Shown: in pieces, positions 1 through 10,200 of the stretch
Layout of the letters: every line of letters starts with the position of its first letter
Numbering within the stretch: the stretch's first letter is position 1
Origin: Candidatus Woesearchaeota archaeon
GTDB lineage: Archaea; Nanobdellota; Nanobdellia; Pacearchaeales; GW2011-AR1
Direction of reading: 5' to 3'
Assembly (NCBI GenBank): GCA_964608765.1
Contig: CAZSPD010000001.1
Span: forward strand, 6,373-70,372
DNA: 64,000 bases
Program-made: the position numbers and the translations under genes
Notes under the pieces: generated by a model
What the model was told of the DNA's origin: nothing
The model's input: the letters and a program-made list of their open reading frames with translations, nothing else
Databases searched by the model: none

Positions 1-7
1 TCCTACT

Positions 8-2302
8 GTGTGGGGATATGTTAGAGATATTTTAGATGTTCCCTTGAAAGAAACAACAATTTATCTTGCAGGAGAATTAACAACAACCGATGAATACGGG
101 TATTATTCATTAACCCCTCAAATTTTACCCCAAAATTATCCAATAATTGCAACTCATATAGGATATAATAACTATTATGAAGTTTTATCTTTCTACTCTG
201 ATACAACTAGCATAAGCCATAATATCACAATGACATTGATGAATCTCGGGCAAACAAGTAATCCTTATGAAACAGGGCCATATACTGATGAGCCTGGAGA
301 GGACATGCAAGCTATTATGGATGAAATAGTTGAGCAAGGTGAAGATTATTGGATAAGCACAAAAGAGATTTTCAAAGAGATAAGACAAAATACCTTTGTT
401 GAAGACACTATTGGAATCTATAATTTTAAAACTTCAAATATGAATTTACTTGTCTCACTTTCTCCTGAGATAAATGATTTTATAAAATTAAATAGAGACG
501 CTGTGATAATCGAGCCCATGAAAGCAGGAGAAATAAAAATAACTTTCTATGGCACTAAGCCTATAGGGACATATTCTGGAATATTAAAGATTTCAGGAGA
601 TGTTGAACAAGAAATACCCATAACAATAAAAATAATAGAAAATAGGCTCCCAATTGAGACTCTTTTATTATCAATAGATTTATTTAAAAATACAGTTAGT
701 CCAGGAGAAGACCTTAATTATAAACTAAATTTACAAAATCTTCTAATTGATCAAGAGTATAAAATTTCTTTGGAAAAATTAATTTTAGGTGAAGAAGATC
801 ATGAAATATATTATAGAGAGTCCCAAGATGTTGAAATTAAAAAAGCTTTATCAATAGTAGATAGGATAAACATCCCTTCTAATTTTTCAGAAGGGAATTA
901 TTTATTTGTAGTAAATGCAAAATATTTAGGATTTTCTTCAAGTGTTACTGCTCCATTTTCAATTCGTAAACCAATTTACCTTTACTCTTTTCTAGGAATT
1001 CCTTTATGGGTCTTCTTTGCCATATTTTCTTTTATAAGTTTTATTCTCCTAAATATATTTGTCTATAAAAGGTATAAAGATAAAAGAAAAAGATATGGCA
1101 TTTCTCTAGATTTGTCTGCAATTCCAAAAGCAGACAAGAGTTTTTTCAAATTAGGATTAATTGCAGAAACTAAACACCCTGTTTATCTAGAACCAGAAAA
1201 GCTTAAAACACATACCATTGTTGCAGGAGCAACAGGAATGGGTAAGAGTATTTCTGCTCAAGTATTAGTCGAGGAAGCTTTAATAAAAAATGTTGCAGTT
1301 ATTGTATTTGATCCAACTGCTCAATGGTCCGGATTGTTAAGAAAGTGTGAAGACAAAAAGATGATATCGTTTTATCCTAAATTTGGACTAAAGCCTTCAG
1401 ATGCAAGAGCATTTCCAGGTAATATAAGACAGATTTCACATTCAAGAGAAGTAATTGAAATAGAAAAATACATTAATCCAGGACAAATTCACATATTTGC
1501 ACTCAATAAGCTAGATCCAAGTGAGATTGATATATTTATTGCAAGTGTTATAAGACAGATATTTAAGTCAGATCCTAAAGAGGCACAGGAATTAAAAGTA
1601 TTATTGGTTTTTGATGAAGTTCATAGACTACTTTCTAAGTTCGGTGGAAGTGGAGAAGGATTTTTACAAATTGAAAGAGCATGTAGAGAGTTTAGGAAAT
1701 GGGGAATGGGAGTAGTTTTAATTTCTCAGGTATTAAGTGATTTTGTTGGAGAAGTTAAAGCAAATATTAATACTGAAATTCAAACAAGAACAGTAGAAGA
1801 ATCAGATTTGGAGAGAATTAAAACAAAATATGGAGAGGAATTTTTAAAATCTCTTGTTCGAGCTGAAGTTGGAGTTGCAATGTTCCAGAATGCAGAGTAT
1901 AATAAGGGTAAACCTTACTTTGTAAACTTTAGACCAATCCTTCATAATACACGAAGACTTTCAGATGAGGAGCTTGGAAAATATAATAAATATAATGATA
2001 TTATTGATGACTTTGAAAATCAAATAAACCAATTAGAAAAAGAGAAAGTAGATATATTTGATTTAAAGATGGAATTAAAGCTAATTAAAGATAAGTTAAT
2101 GACTGGAAATTTCTCTGTTGTAGACATTTATGTAGAAGGGCTTGGACCAAGACTTCAAAAACAATGGGAAAAACTAGGAAAGAAACCTAAGAAACTTGAG
2201 AAGAAGTTATTAGATGAATCTGAAATCCAAAAATCTGTTGAAGAGGCTAAAAAAGCAAGAGCTGTTTATGAAAAAGAAGAACAGAAGAAACAAAATAAAT
2301 AA
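8..2302 (+). CDS. Membrane-anchored HerA/FtsK-superfamily (DUF87-like) P-loop ATPase, 5'-truncated by the window edge. An N-terminal extracellular CarboxypepD_reg-like beta domain and one TM helix precede a cytoplasmic ATPase.
   Basis: Walker A HTIVAGATGMGKSIS is followed by the DUF87/HerA-type VIVFDPTAQW motif, and Walker B is LLVFDEVHRL. A single hydrophobic helix (LWVFFAIFSFISFILLNIFVY) lies ahead of the ATPase. The N-terminal segment GELTTTDEYGYYSL...IGYNNYY is typical of carboxypeptidase-regulatory-like beta-sandwich domains. The ORF runs to the window start. Confidence 0.7.
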   Translation: MWGYVRDILDVPLKETTIYLAGELTTTDEYGYYSLTPQILPQNYPIIATHIGYNNYYEVLSFYSDTTSISHNITMTLMNLGQTSNPYETGPYTDEPGEDMQAIMDEIVEQGEDYWISTKEIFKEIRQNTFVEDTIGIYNFKTSNMNLLVSLSPEINDFIKLNRDAVIIEPMKAGEIKITFYGTKPIGTYSGILKISGDVEQEIPITIKIIENRLPIETLLLSIDLFKNTVSPGEDLNYKLNLQNLLIDQEYKISLEKLILGEEDHEIYYRESQDVEIKKALSIVDRINIPSNFSEGNYLFVVNAKYLGFSSSVTAPFSIRKPIYLYSFLGIPLWVFFAIFSFISFILLNIFVYKRYKDKRKRYGISLDLSAIPKADKSFFKLGLIAETKHPVYLEPEKLKTHTIVAGATGMGKSISAQVLVEEALIKNVAVIVFDPTAQWSGLLRKCEDKKMISFYPKFGLKPSDARAFPGNIRQISHSREVIEIEKYINPGQIHIFALNKLDPSEIDIFIASVIRQIFKSDPKEAQELKVLLVFDEVHRLLSKFGGSGEGFLQIERACREFRKWGMGVVLISQVLSDFVGEVKANINTEIQTRTVEESDLERIKTKYGEEFLKSLVRAEVGVAMFQNAEYNKGKPYFVNFRPILHNTRRLSDEELGKYNKYNDIIDDFENQINQLEKEKVDIFDLKMELKLIKDKLMTGNFSVVDIYVEGLGPRLQKQWEKLGKKPKKLEKKLLDESEIQKSVEEAKKARAVYEKEEQKKQNK

Positions 2303-2326
2303 AAACTAAGCTCTTGTCTATAGTTT

Positions 2327-2650
2327 ATGAATGAATTAAAGAGGATGAAAGAATTAGCTATTTCATTTATTGATAAAGAAAAATACAAAAAAATCAATAA
2401 AATAAAAGATAAAGAAGAAAAACTACACATTTTTCAAAACACTCTGACGTCTGAGTTAAAAATAAAGCAACTTGACTTAGATTTAGAGATTAAACAAATA
2501 TCAGAAAGGCAAGTAAGAAACATTTTATCTATAAAATCCAATATAATTCATTCAAAAATACTTTTATTGAAAACAGACTTCAATGAGAAAGATTTTAAAA
2601 AAATCATTTCCTTACTAGATAAGCTAAAAACAGAGGTATCCCATGTTTAA
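2327..2650 (+). CDS. Small coiled-coil protein (hypothetical)
   Basis: Heptad-rich K/E/L composition. Its stop overlaps the next start by 8 bp (ATGTTTAA), consistent with translational coupling. Confidence 0.5.
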   Translation: MNELKRMKELAISFIDKEKYKKINKIKDKEEKLHIFQNTLTSELKIKQLDLDLEIKQISERQVRNILSIKSNIIHSKILLLKTDFNEKDFKKIISLLDKLKTEVSHV

Positions 2651-3500
2651 TTTTTTAAAGTCAAAGAAAAAAAAAGAAGGCGACGAATTAACAGATGAGG
2701 CTCAAGAAGAAGAAACAGGCTCAGTAAAAAAAGAATCACATGAAGAAAAATCTCTAACTTCTCTTAATCCATCTGATTCTCAAACTGTTCTTAAACTAGC
2801 AACAGAAATAGATAGATTAAAAGCAAGCCAAGAAGCATTTCAAGAAGTAAGAAAATCATTTACTGAAAGATTTACTCGTGTTAGCGAACAAATCGGAGAA
2901 TTAAGGTCAATGATTCTTGAGAGAGACAGAACAATACAGACAATGGAATTGAGAGCCGTAAAAGCAATAGACTTAGTCGAGTCAATAAAGCCTGACAAAT
3001 TTATGATGGACTTAGAGAGGCAAAATGTTAAGATAGAAGCATTAAAAGCAAATTTAGAAGGAAACGAGGCAATTATAGATCAAGTAATGGAAGAACTAAA
3101 AGATATGCGAAGAAAGATGAGTTTTTTTAGAGGAATTGAGGAAATAATAAAATTAAGCGAAGAAATAAAAAAAGAACTTATAGGAATAAAAAAGATAGAG
3201 GGGACAATAAGTATTCAGACAGATAAAGTACAGACAATTTATAGCGATATGAGAAAAAAGATGCAAGAATTAGATAGCTTTAACTCTCAATTACAAGAAT
3301 CCAAAGCAGGCATTGAACAAAACTCAAAAGACATTGAATTTCTCAAAGCAAAAGCAATTAACTTTGCAGAAAAAGAAGAATTAGATAATATTTTAAATAA
3401 GCTCCAAAAATATACTGATGCACTTAAAGAAATTCAAAAAAAGAGTCCTTTATCGAGGGATATTGAAAGACTTAAAACCCTTTTAGGAGAAATCAATTAA
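2643..3500 (+). CDS. Coiled-coil protein (hypothetical), 285 aa
   Basis: Long E/K/L-rich heptad segments. It follows the ATPase and may be a structural partner. Confidence 0.55.
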   Translation: MFNFLKSKKKKEGDELTDEAQEEETGSVKKESHEEKSLTSLNPSDSQTVLKLATEIDRLKASQEAFQEVRKSFTERFTRVSEQIGELRSMILERDRTIQTMELRAVKAIDLVESIKPDKFMMDLERQNVKIEALKANLEGNEAIIDQVMEELKDMRRKMSFFRGIEEIIKLSEEIKKELIGIKKIEGTISIQTDKVQTIYSDMRKKMQELDSFNSQLQESKAGIEQNSKDIEFLKAKAINFAEKEELDNILNKLQKYTDALKEIQKKSPLSRDIERLKTLLGEIN

Positions 3501-3544
3501 TTTAAAAAGAAAAGATTATAAAGTGCTTTTTATTTATTTTATCG

Positions 3545-4339
3545 ATGGTGAACAAGGTAAAAATTAAGATTTTAATTGCCTTTATCTTTGTCTTTTTGGG
3601 GTGTATTAATTTAATAATTGCTGTTGAACCCTTCGGGGCAGAAATTGTGGATGTTGTTTCTTCAAGCAGAGCAACACCTGATGCTCCAACAGGAATTCCT
3701 GCACAGGCAGGAAATGTAACTGAGTTGAACATATTTGGATATTCTTCTACACAATCTTGGCAAGGTTATTATGGTAATGTTTCAGGTACAATCATTTTGT
3801 CTGACAGCAACGAAAATATGATGTACAATTGGTCCCTTGCTTCTCCAAGAGGGGAAATATATGCGTCTACAAATGATTCTATAAGTTGGGGAAATATTCA
3901 GTGTTTTAATTTTAATGCAGACGGAACTTATTCAGGAGAAGAAATCCCTGGAGAAACAAATCAATATGGAACAAATTTAAACATGTTAGAAGAAATGTTT
4001 GGAATTTCTTCAGATGATGTTGATGGAGTTGATGAAACATTTACACTCTTTGGAGTAGGGGGACATAAAACTTTTTACACAAATAATTTAGAGTTTTCAG
4101 AAGGGGAGTGTATGAGTACGAGAGTATTTACTAGTTCAGGACAAGGAGAACAAGGGAAGTTTGAAGAAGTTCTTTTATATGACCCTCTAACATATAGCTT
4201 AGTTTTTGCTTCTTTACTCAATCAAGATGAAACTGGTTTTGATAATAATCCTCATGACTTTGAAATGCTTGTCTTAGAGAATGGACATAAATCAGATGTA
4301 TCTACAACACCTTACTATTTTTGGGTTGAACTAGAGTAA
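3545..4339 (+). CDS. Secreted protein, member of a three-paralog family that shares a C-terminal YY(F/L)(W/Y)VEL(E/D) motif with the giant protein
   Basis: Sec-type signal peptide followed by AVEPFGA. A conserved core SWQGYYGNVSGTIIL and the C-terminus FEMLVLENGH...YYFWVELE match the paralogs at 23060 and 23918. Confidence 0.65.
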   Translation: MVNKVKIKILIAFIFVFLGCINLIIAVEPFGAEIVDVVSSSRATPDAPTGIPAQAGNVTELNIFGYSSTQSWQGYYGNVSGTIILSDSNENMMYNWSLASPRGEIYASTNDSISWGNIQCFNFNADGTYSGEEIPGETNQYGTNLNMLEEMFGISSDDVDGVDETFTLFGVGGHKTFYTNNLEFSEGECMSTRVFTSSGQGEQGKFEEVLLYDPLTYSLVFASLLNQDETGFDNNPHDFEMLVLENGHKSDVSTTPYYFWVELE

Positions 4340-4440
4340 TTCTTTTAGGGGTTTATAAAAAACATTTAAATATGCTTTTTAATAATCATTTTTATGGACT
4401 TTTGTTTATATACTATTTTAAACTTTGGGGCTAAAGAAAA

Positions 4441-5541
4441 ATGCTAGATTTTTTATTTTTAATAAACATTTTAATTTCTTTAAGCATATCTATATTTATT
4501 TTAATAAATATTTTTAGAAACTATCGCAAATACCTCCAACTTAGGAAAATATTTTATTTATTCTCAATAATTGGATTTATTTTTATTTTATACTCTATTA
4601 TATTCTCTTTATGGCTTTTGAACTTTACAACCTATAATCCCCAAGATTTTTTATTTGTGCATTCTATTTTAGTTTCAATAGAAGCGATCCTTCTTTTAAG
4701 TATAATCTATTATTTAAGAAAGAATAAAAAAATATTTTATTTATTATTTATTTATTCAATATTTCTTTTCTCGTTTATTATGGGATGGAATTTTACAAAC
4801 TTCCTTCTAATCTCTTCTTTAATGCTAATATTGATTTTATTTATATTATTTATTTCAGTCCCAAATTTTACAAGAATCTCTAAATTTGCAATATTTTACT
4901 GCTCTGTTTCTCTTTTATTGGAATCTACTTTTTTGTTTAAGGATCAACCTTCCCCTGTAATGAGCTTGGTTTCTAATCTATTTTTCTTCTTATTTATATT
5001 CTTCTTTTTAATGGATGTAAGGAATATTTCTCTTTCAGACTCAGACAAGAAAATAAAGTACAGAAAGAGCAATTATTTGTTTGATTTTATGAGATATTTT
5101 ATATTTATAGTAATCTTAACTAATTTTGTTTTTATAGGGACACTTGCAATACATGAGGCAGGGCACTTTTTTATGTCTAAATTTAATCCTAATTGTGAGT
5201 TAGAAAAAATAGTTTATGAGGGAGACCTTCCCCGCACAGAGATTTTATGTGATGGTTCTCCAGAATACATGAACTTAATTATCTTTGGAGGAATTCTTTT
5301 GCCCATTCTAGTAGCACTCTTATTATTTTTTGGAGGAGGGACATTCATGAAAGAAATTTCATTTTTAATAGCAGGATTCAATATCTTAATATCTTATAGA
5401 GATTTTGTTGATTTAGGATTTTCTTCATCAATATCTATATTTTTCTCAATGTTTGGGGCAGGAATAATCATTTTAGCAATATTACTTCTTGCAAAATCTA
5501 GGACAACTGAAGAAGAATTTATTTACTTAGCAAATAACTAG
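4441..5541 (+). CDS. Polytopic membrane protein carrying an HExxH motif (possible intramembrane/M50-like zinc metalloprotease)
   Basis: About 8 hydrophobic helices. HEAGH sits within LAIHEAGHFFM, and a CDG/LDG-like element occurs downstream. Metalloprotease function is an inference from the motif only. Confidence 0.5.
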   Translation: MLDFLFLINILISLSISIFILINIFRNYRKYLQLRKIFYLFSIIGFIFILYSIIFSLWLLNFTTYNPQDFLFVHSILVSIEAILLLSIIYYLRKNKKIFYLLFIYSIFLFSFIMGWNFTNFLLISSLMLILILFILFISVPNFTRISKFAIFYCSVSLLLESTFLFKDQPSPVMSLVSNLFFFLFIFFFLMDVRNISLSDSDKKIKYRKSNYLFDFMRYFIFIVILTNFVFIGTLAIHEAGHFFMSKFNPNCELEKIVYEGDLPRTEILCDGSPEYMNLIIFGGILLPILVALLLFFGGGTFMKEISFLIAGFNILISYRDFVDLGFSSSISIFFSMFGAGIIILAILLLAKSRTTEEEFIYLANN

Positions 5542-5575
5542 AAAATCTTTTATAGTTATAATTCATTTTTAGACT

Positions 5576-6967
5576 ATGAAAATTGTTTTAAGATTATCTT
5601 TAATTTTATTACCCTTAATTATTTTTTTATTAAATCTTAATTTAGTTAGCTCGAGTTTTGTTTGTGGGATTGTTAATGACTCCTTAACTTCATCTTCAGA
5701 TTGGGTAAACGTAAAAGTTTATTTTGAAGAGAATATCTCGGATTTTACAGAATGCCAAGTGAACCCAGAAAAAAAATTCTGTTGTGATATTGAAAATATT
5801 TCTTCTGTAAATGTTGAAGTTGGAAAAAAAGCATATGCAGAAGTTTATGACACTAAAAGAAAATTGACTGCGGGACCCATTTTTATTTATTTAACAGACG
5901 AAGGATACAATATTTTCCCTACAATGAATTTAGAGGAATTACCTTCATTTAATATATCCAATAATGAGATAACTGTAAACGATTCTTTTATTTATCTAAG
6001 CTTTTCTTCATCTAAAAACGCAAACAATTTTTCATACAAAATTGATTTACCTGACAAGGAAATCAAAGAAAGATTGAATGATAACAATAATAATATTCCA
6101 AATGTTTCAATCCCTCTGTCTAAAGGAGAAAATGAGCTTTTTTTAATTTCAGAAAATATAGATAGAGAAGAATTTGAAAGATTTTTAATATATAACTTAG
6201 ATTATTTTGATTTAGGAGTAAATATATTTTGTAACAAATGTAAAATAAAAAATAATTTTTTGTATGCTCCTTCTAATAAAGAAATAATAATGAATTTATA
6301 TTTTAATTCTTCACACAATATTTCAGGAGAATTTTTAACTTACTTGCCTCAAGATTGGACAGTTATGGATCACTCTGATCTTTCTGAAGTTAGTCTAACT
6401 CACAAGGCAATAGCCCACAAAGTTAATAACGAATCTTATTTTTCAGTAAATTACACTGTTAAATTACCTCAAAGATTAATTAAACAAGATTATTTTATCT
6501 ATCAAAAAGTAAATAATTACAATAAACAAACAAAATTAAGGTCATTTAGTATAGGTTTTTTACCTTTTCATAAATTCAATAGGCTTGAAGAATCTTTTCC
6601 AAAAGAAACTTTAGAACAGAGTACTTCTCCTAAAAACCCTCTCATCTTAAAAAATCAAGGTAAAGGAACATTAGAAACTGTTGCAATATTCCCAAATTCT
6701 GAAATTTCTTCTTCTTACTCTTATATTGACTACCAAGTTAAGAAAAAAAAATTGGCAAACATTGAAGAATTTAATATTTTAACAACGTTACCAGATAAGA
6801 AAATAGAAAAAATATTCTTGATATTTAAAATTAAAAAAGAAAATTTTATTGAAGTTTATTATAAAAATTCATTGTTAGAATTAGATATTTATGATGAAGA
6901 TGACTCTTATAATTATTATTCGGTTTATATTCCAGGAAAAGGGCACTTTTCAACTAAGATTTTCTAA
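5576..6967 (+). CDS. Secreted Asn-rich protein (hypothetical), 463 aa
   Basis: N-terminal signal peptide and many N-x-S/T sequons. No recognisable catalytic motif. Confidence 0.5.
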   Translation: MKIVLRLSLILLPLIIFLLNLNLVSSSFVCGIVNDSLTSSSDWVNVKVYFEENISDFTECQVNPEKKFCCDIENISSVNVEVGKKAYAEVYDTKRKLTAGPIFIYLTDEGYNIFPTMNLEELPSFNISNNEITVNDSFIYLSFSSSKNANNFSYKIDLPDKEIKERLNDNNNNIPNVSIPLSKGENELFLISENIDREEFERFLIYNLDYFDLGVNIFCNKCKIKNNFLYAPSNKEIIMNLYFNSSHNISGEFLTYLPQDWTVMDHSDLSEVSLTHKAIAHKVNNESYFSVNYTVKLPQRLIKQDYFIYQKVNNYNKQTKLRSFSIGFLPFHKFNRLEESFPKETLEQSTSPKNPLILKNQGKGTLETVAIFPNSEISSSYSYIDYQVKKKKLANIEEFNILTTLPDKKIEKIFLIFKIKKENFIEVYYKNSLLELDIYDEDDSYNYYSVYIPGKGHFSTKIF

Positions 6968-7009
6968 ATTCAAAAAGTATTTAAACAAATAATTCTTGCG
7001 ATAGATAGT

Positions 7010-7249
7010 ATGGTTAAAAGTAAGATTAATCGTACGATTAATCGCAAAAAAGAGGATGTTTTGGAGTTAGGAATAATTGCTTCTTTGTCTAATTCTATTA
7101 CTCCCAAATCTACTCAAGAAATTGCAGATGAGATGAATAAACCTTGGCATTCTGTTCAAACACGCTGCTTAAGGCTCCAATTAAATAACAAGCTAATAGG
7201 GTTTAGAGTTGGAAGAATAAACCTTTGGCAGATAAAAAAGAGAAAATGA
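7010..7249 (+). CDS. Small putative winged-helix DNA-binding protein
   Basis: 79 aa, basic, with an HTH-like segment (TQEIADEMNKPWHSVQTRCLRL). Its stop overlaps the giant gene start as ATGA at 7246-7249. Confidence 0.45.
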   Translation: MVKSKINRTINRKKEDVLELGIIASLSNSITPKSTQEIADEMNKPWHSVQTRCLRLQLNNKLIGFRVGRINLWQIKKRK

Positions 7250-10200
7250 ATAAAAAAGGAATAATAAAATTAAGTTTGTTTTTTTTAGTTTTATTCTTAA
7301 TTTTAGCAATAGTGTTCTTTTCTATTTTTAGCTCTGCATCTGTTTCTTACAACAAAGAAAATTATTTTGTGGGAGAAGAGATTAATCTAGATTTTTCAGG
7401 ACATAGATATTGCTTTATTGATATTAAAACTCCTTCAGATAAATTAAACTTTGAATGCAGTGAAAGACTTTCTTTTGTATTTGAAGAACCAGGAGAGTAT
7501 ATTTTTAATATAGATTATTTAAATGAATTTGAGAAATTTGAGATTAATGTCTTAGATAAAGATTTTTCTCAAGAAGATTTAGGAAATTTGGTTCAAGAAT
7601 ATAAAAATTACACTTTAAACACTCCTCTAATAAACACTCAAGATTACTTTATCTTTGATTTTAAGAATAAAAATTCTTACACTCTAAATAGCAGTTTAGA
7701 GTTTAATTTTAGAGAAATAGGAAATTATGAGCTAATAGTGTTTTTTCCATCTGGAAAAAAAATCTCTAGACTGGGGTCTAACGACAGATATCTTTTAAAC
7801 CTTTTAGAAGAAGGAGAGTATCTTGTAGAAATAGTGGGTGGAAACAGGAAAACAACTTACACTTTTTTATCTATTAAGGATTTTAAAAAAAATTTAGTTC
7901 AAGGGAAGGCTGAGATAGGAAAACCTGTTAAATGGATTAAGGAGTTGGATTTAATTGAAGAAGGAAACTTCATAGAGATTCCTACTCTTTCTGGAATTAA
8001 AATAGAAAATGAAAATGGAGAAACATTTAATGAATATTCATTAGTTGAGTTAGATAATAAAAGTTATATTTTAATTGATAGTGAATCTCCAGAAAAATTA
8101 TTTTTAGAATATATTACTGAATCACCTTCATTAGATGAAGAAATTATCTCAGAAACAAGAAAACAGGTAACTATATTTTCTCCTGAAGAATTCCACTATA
8201 GAGATGTTTTGTCTTACACTTCAATACCCGAAAGATTGTCTGCAGGACAAGAAAATCTGATAAAAATTTATTGGATAGAAGAAGACACCTATTTAGATTT
8301 TAATGCTTTAGATACAGATAGTAATGGATTTTTAGACTATGTTGAATGGATTGTCCCACATTTATCTACACAAACGTTTGAAATAATAATTATCACAAAA
8401 GCAGACCATCTTGGCTCAAATAAAGAATTTATCTCAGATATTTATAATGAAGTTAGAACTCTTGATAATGTTTGGTCAGAAGAAATAAATGATGGAGAGT
8501 ATGTAAGAGTTGTATTTGAAATTCCTTTAAGTAATTTAAAAGACATCACAATTTTTCCAAAAGTTATTTCAGGGAATCCAGTTGTTGAAGTTTATGAAGT
8601 AGATTCAAATGAAAAAATAACTGAATTTTCAAATTTAATTTCAGAAGAGTATAATAAAATTTATCTTGAAAACTTAATCTCAGATACTCAAGACACTTTT
8701 GATTTAAAGATTGTGGGGGGGAGCTTACAGTTTGACCATATTATAGACCCTACAGGCGGATGCATAGGTGGAATATGCACTTACAATTTCACATATAGTG
8801 AAACTTGGCAAGTCCCAAATAATGTCCTAAATAATAATATTACAGTAAGAGTCTGGGGAGGAGGTGGAGCAGGTGCAGGAAGAACCAATAATGGAAGAAC
8901 TGGCGGAGGTGGAGGAGGTGCATTTGCATCTTCTAATATAGTTGTAACTCCAGGAGAGAATCTAAGAATATCTGTAGGAGATTCTGTTGCAGGAGGAACT
9001 GGAAATGGTGCAAATGGAATTCAAAGTAATGTCTCATGGCAAAATAATACTGTTGCAGTTCGTGCTGCTGGAGGAAACGGAGGAACAACAACTGCAGGAG
9101 GTTCAGGAGGAACAGTTGCAAATAGTTTAGGTACAATAAGATATGCAGGAGGAAATGGAGCCTTTACAAGTTCTGGAAATGGAGGGGGTGGAGGAGGTGG
9201 AGCAGGGACAACAGGTGCAGGAGCAAGTGCCACATCTTCAACAGGAGGAATAGGAAATTCATTATATGGGGGCAATGGAAGTAATGGAGCTGGAAATGCT
9301 AATGCTCCTTCAGGATTTATTTATGGAGGGGGTGGAGGAGGAGTAAGTAGAACCTCGGGGAGTAGAAGTGGTGGAGCAGGAGCACAAGGTTTTGTACAAA
9401 TAATCTACCAAGAAATCCCAGATACAACCCCTCCAACCTATAATAGTGTTTCAATAGATAATATTTATTCAGGGGAACAAACAACATTTTCAATTAGAGT
9501 TTCAGATAACGAAGTACTTCATCCAATAGGGGGATATATCTTCTCAACAAATAATTCAGGTTCATGGACTAATGATACATTCGTTATTTTCACTGAAACT
9601 CCTTCATGGGCAAATGTAACTAAGCTACTTAATACAAATGTTAAGACAGCCGTGGGTTATAGATGGTATCTTAATGATTCTTCTGGAAATACTGCTTCAA
9701 CTCCAATTTATACTTTAACTACTTTAAAACTTCCCCAAACTTTTGTTTATAATTTCACAGTAAGTGAAATTTGGCAAGTCCCGAATAATATCCTAAATAA
9801 TAATATTACAGTAAGAACATGGGGAGGTGGTGGAGCAGGTGCAGGAGCAACTTCCAATTTAAGAACAGGTGGAGGTGGAGGAGGTGCATTTGCATCTTCT
9901 AGTATAATTGTAACTCCTGGAGAAAATTTAACAATAAGAGTTGGGGGTTCTGTTGCAGGAACAACTGGAAATGGTGCAAATGGAATTCAAAGTAATGTTT
10001 CGTGGCAAAATAATACTGTTGCAGTTCGTGCAGCGGGTGGAACAGGAGGAGCAACAAATGCAAGAGGGACAGGAGGAACAGTTGCAAATAGTTTAGGTAC
10101 AATTAGATATGCAGGAGGAGATGGATATTATGTTTCAAATTCAGGAAATGGAGGTGGTGGAGGTGGTGGAGCAGGAACAACAGGGGCAGGAGCAAGTGCT

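Noticed and set aside
21-388. Minus-strand small ORFs at the window start
   Set aside because: They are embedded antisense in the N-terminal domain of the DUF87 ATPase gene.
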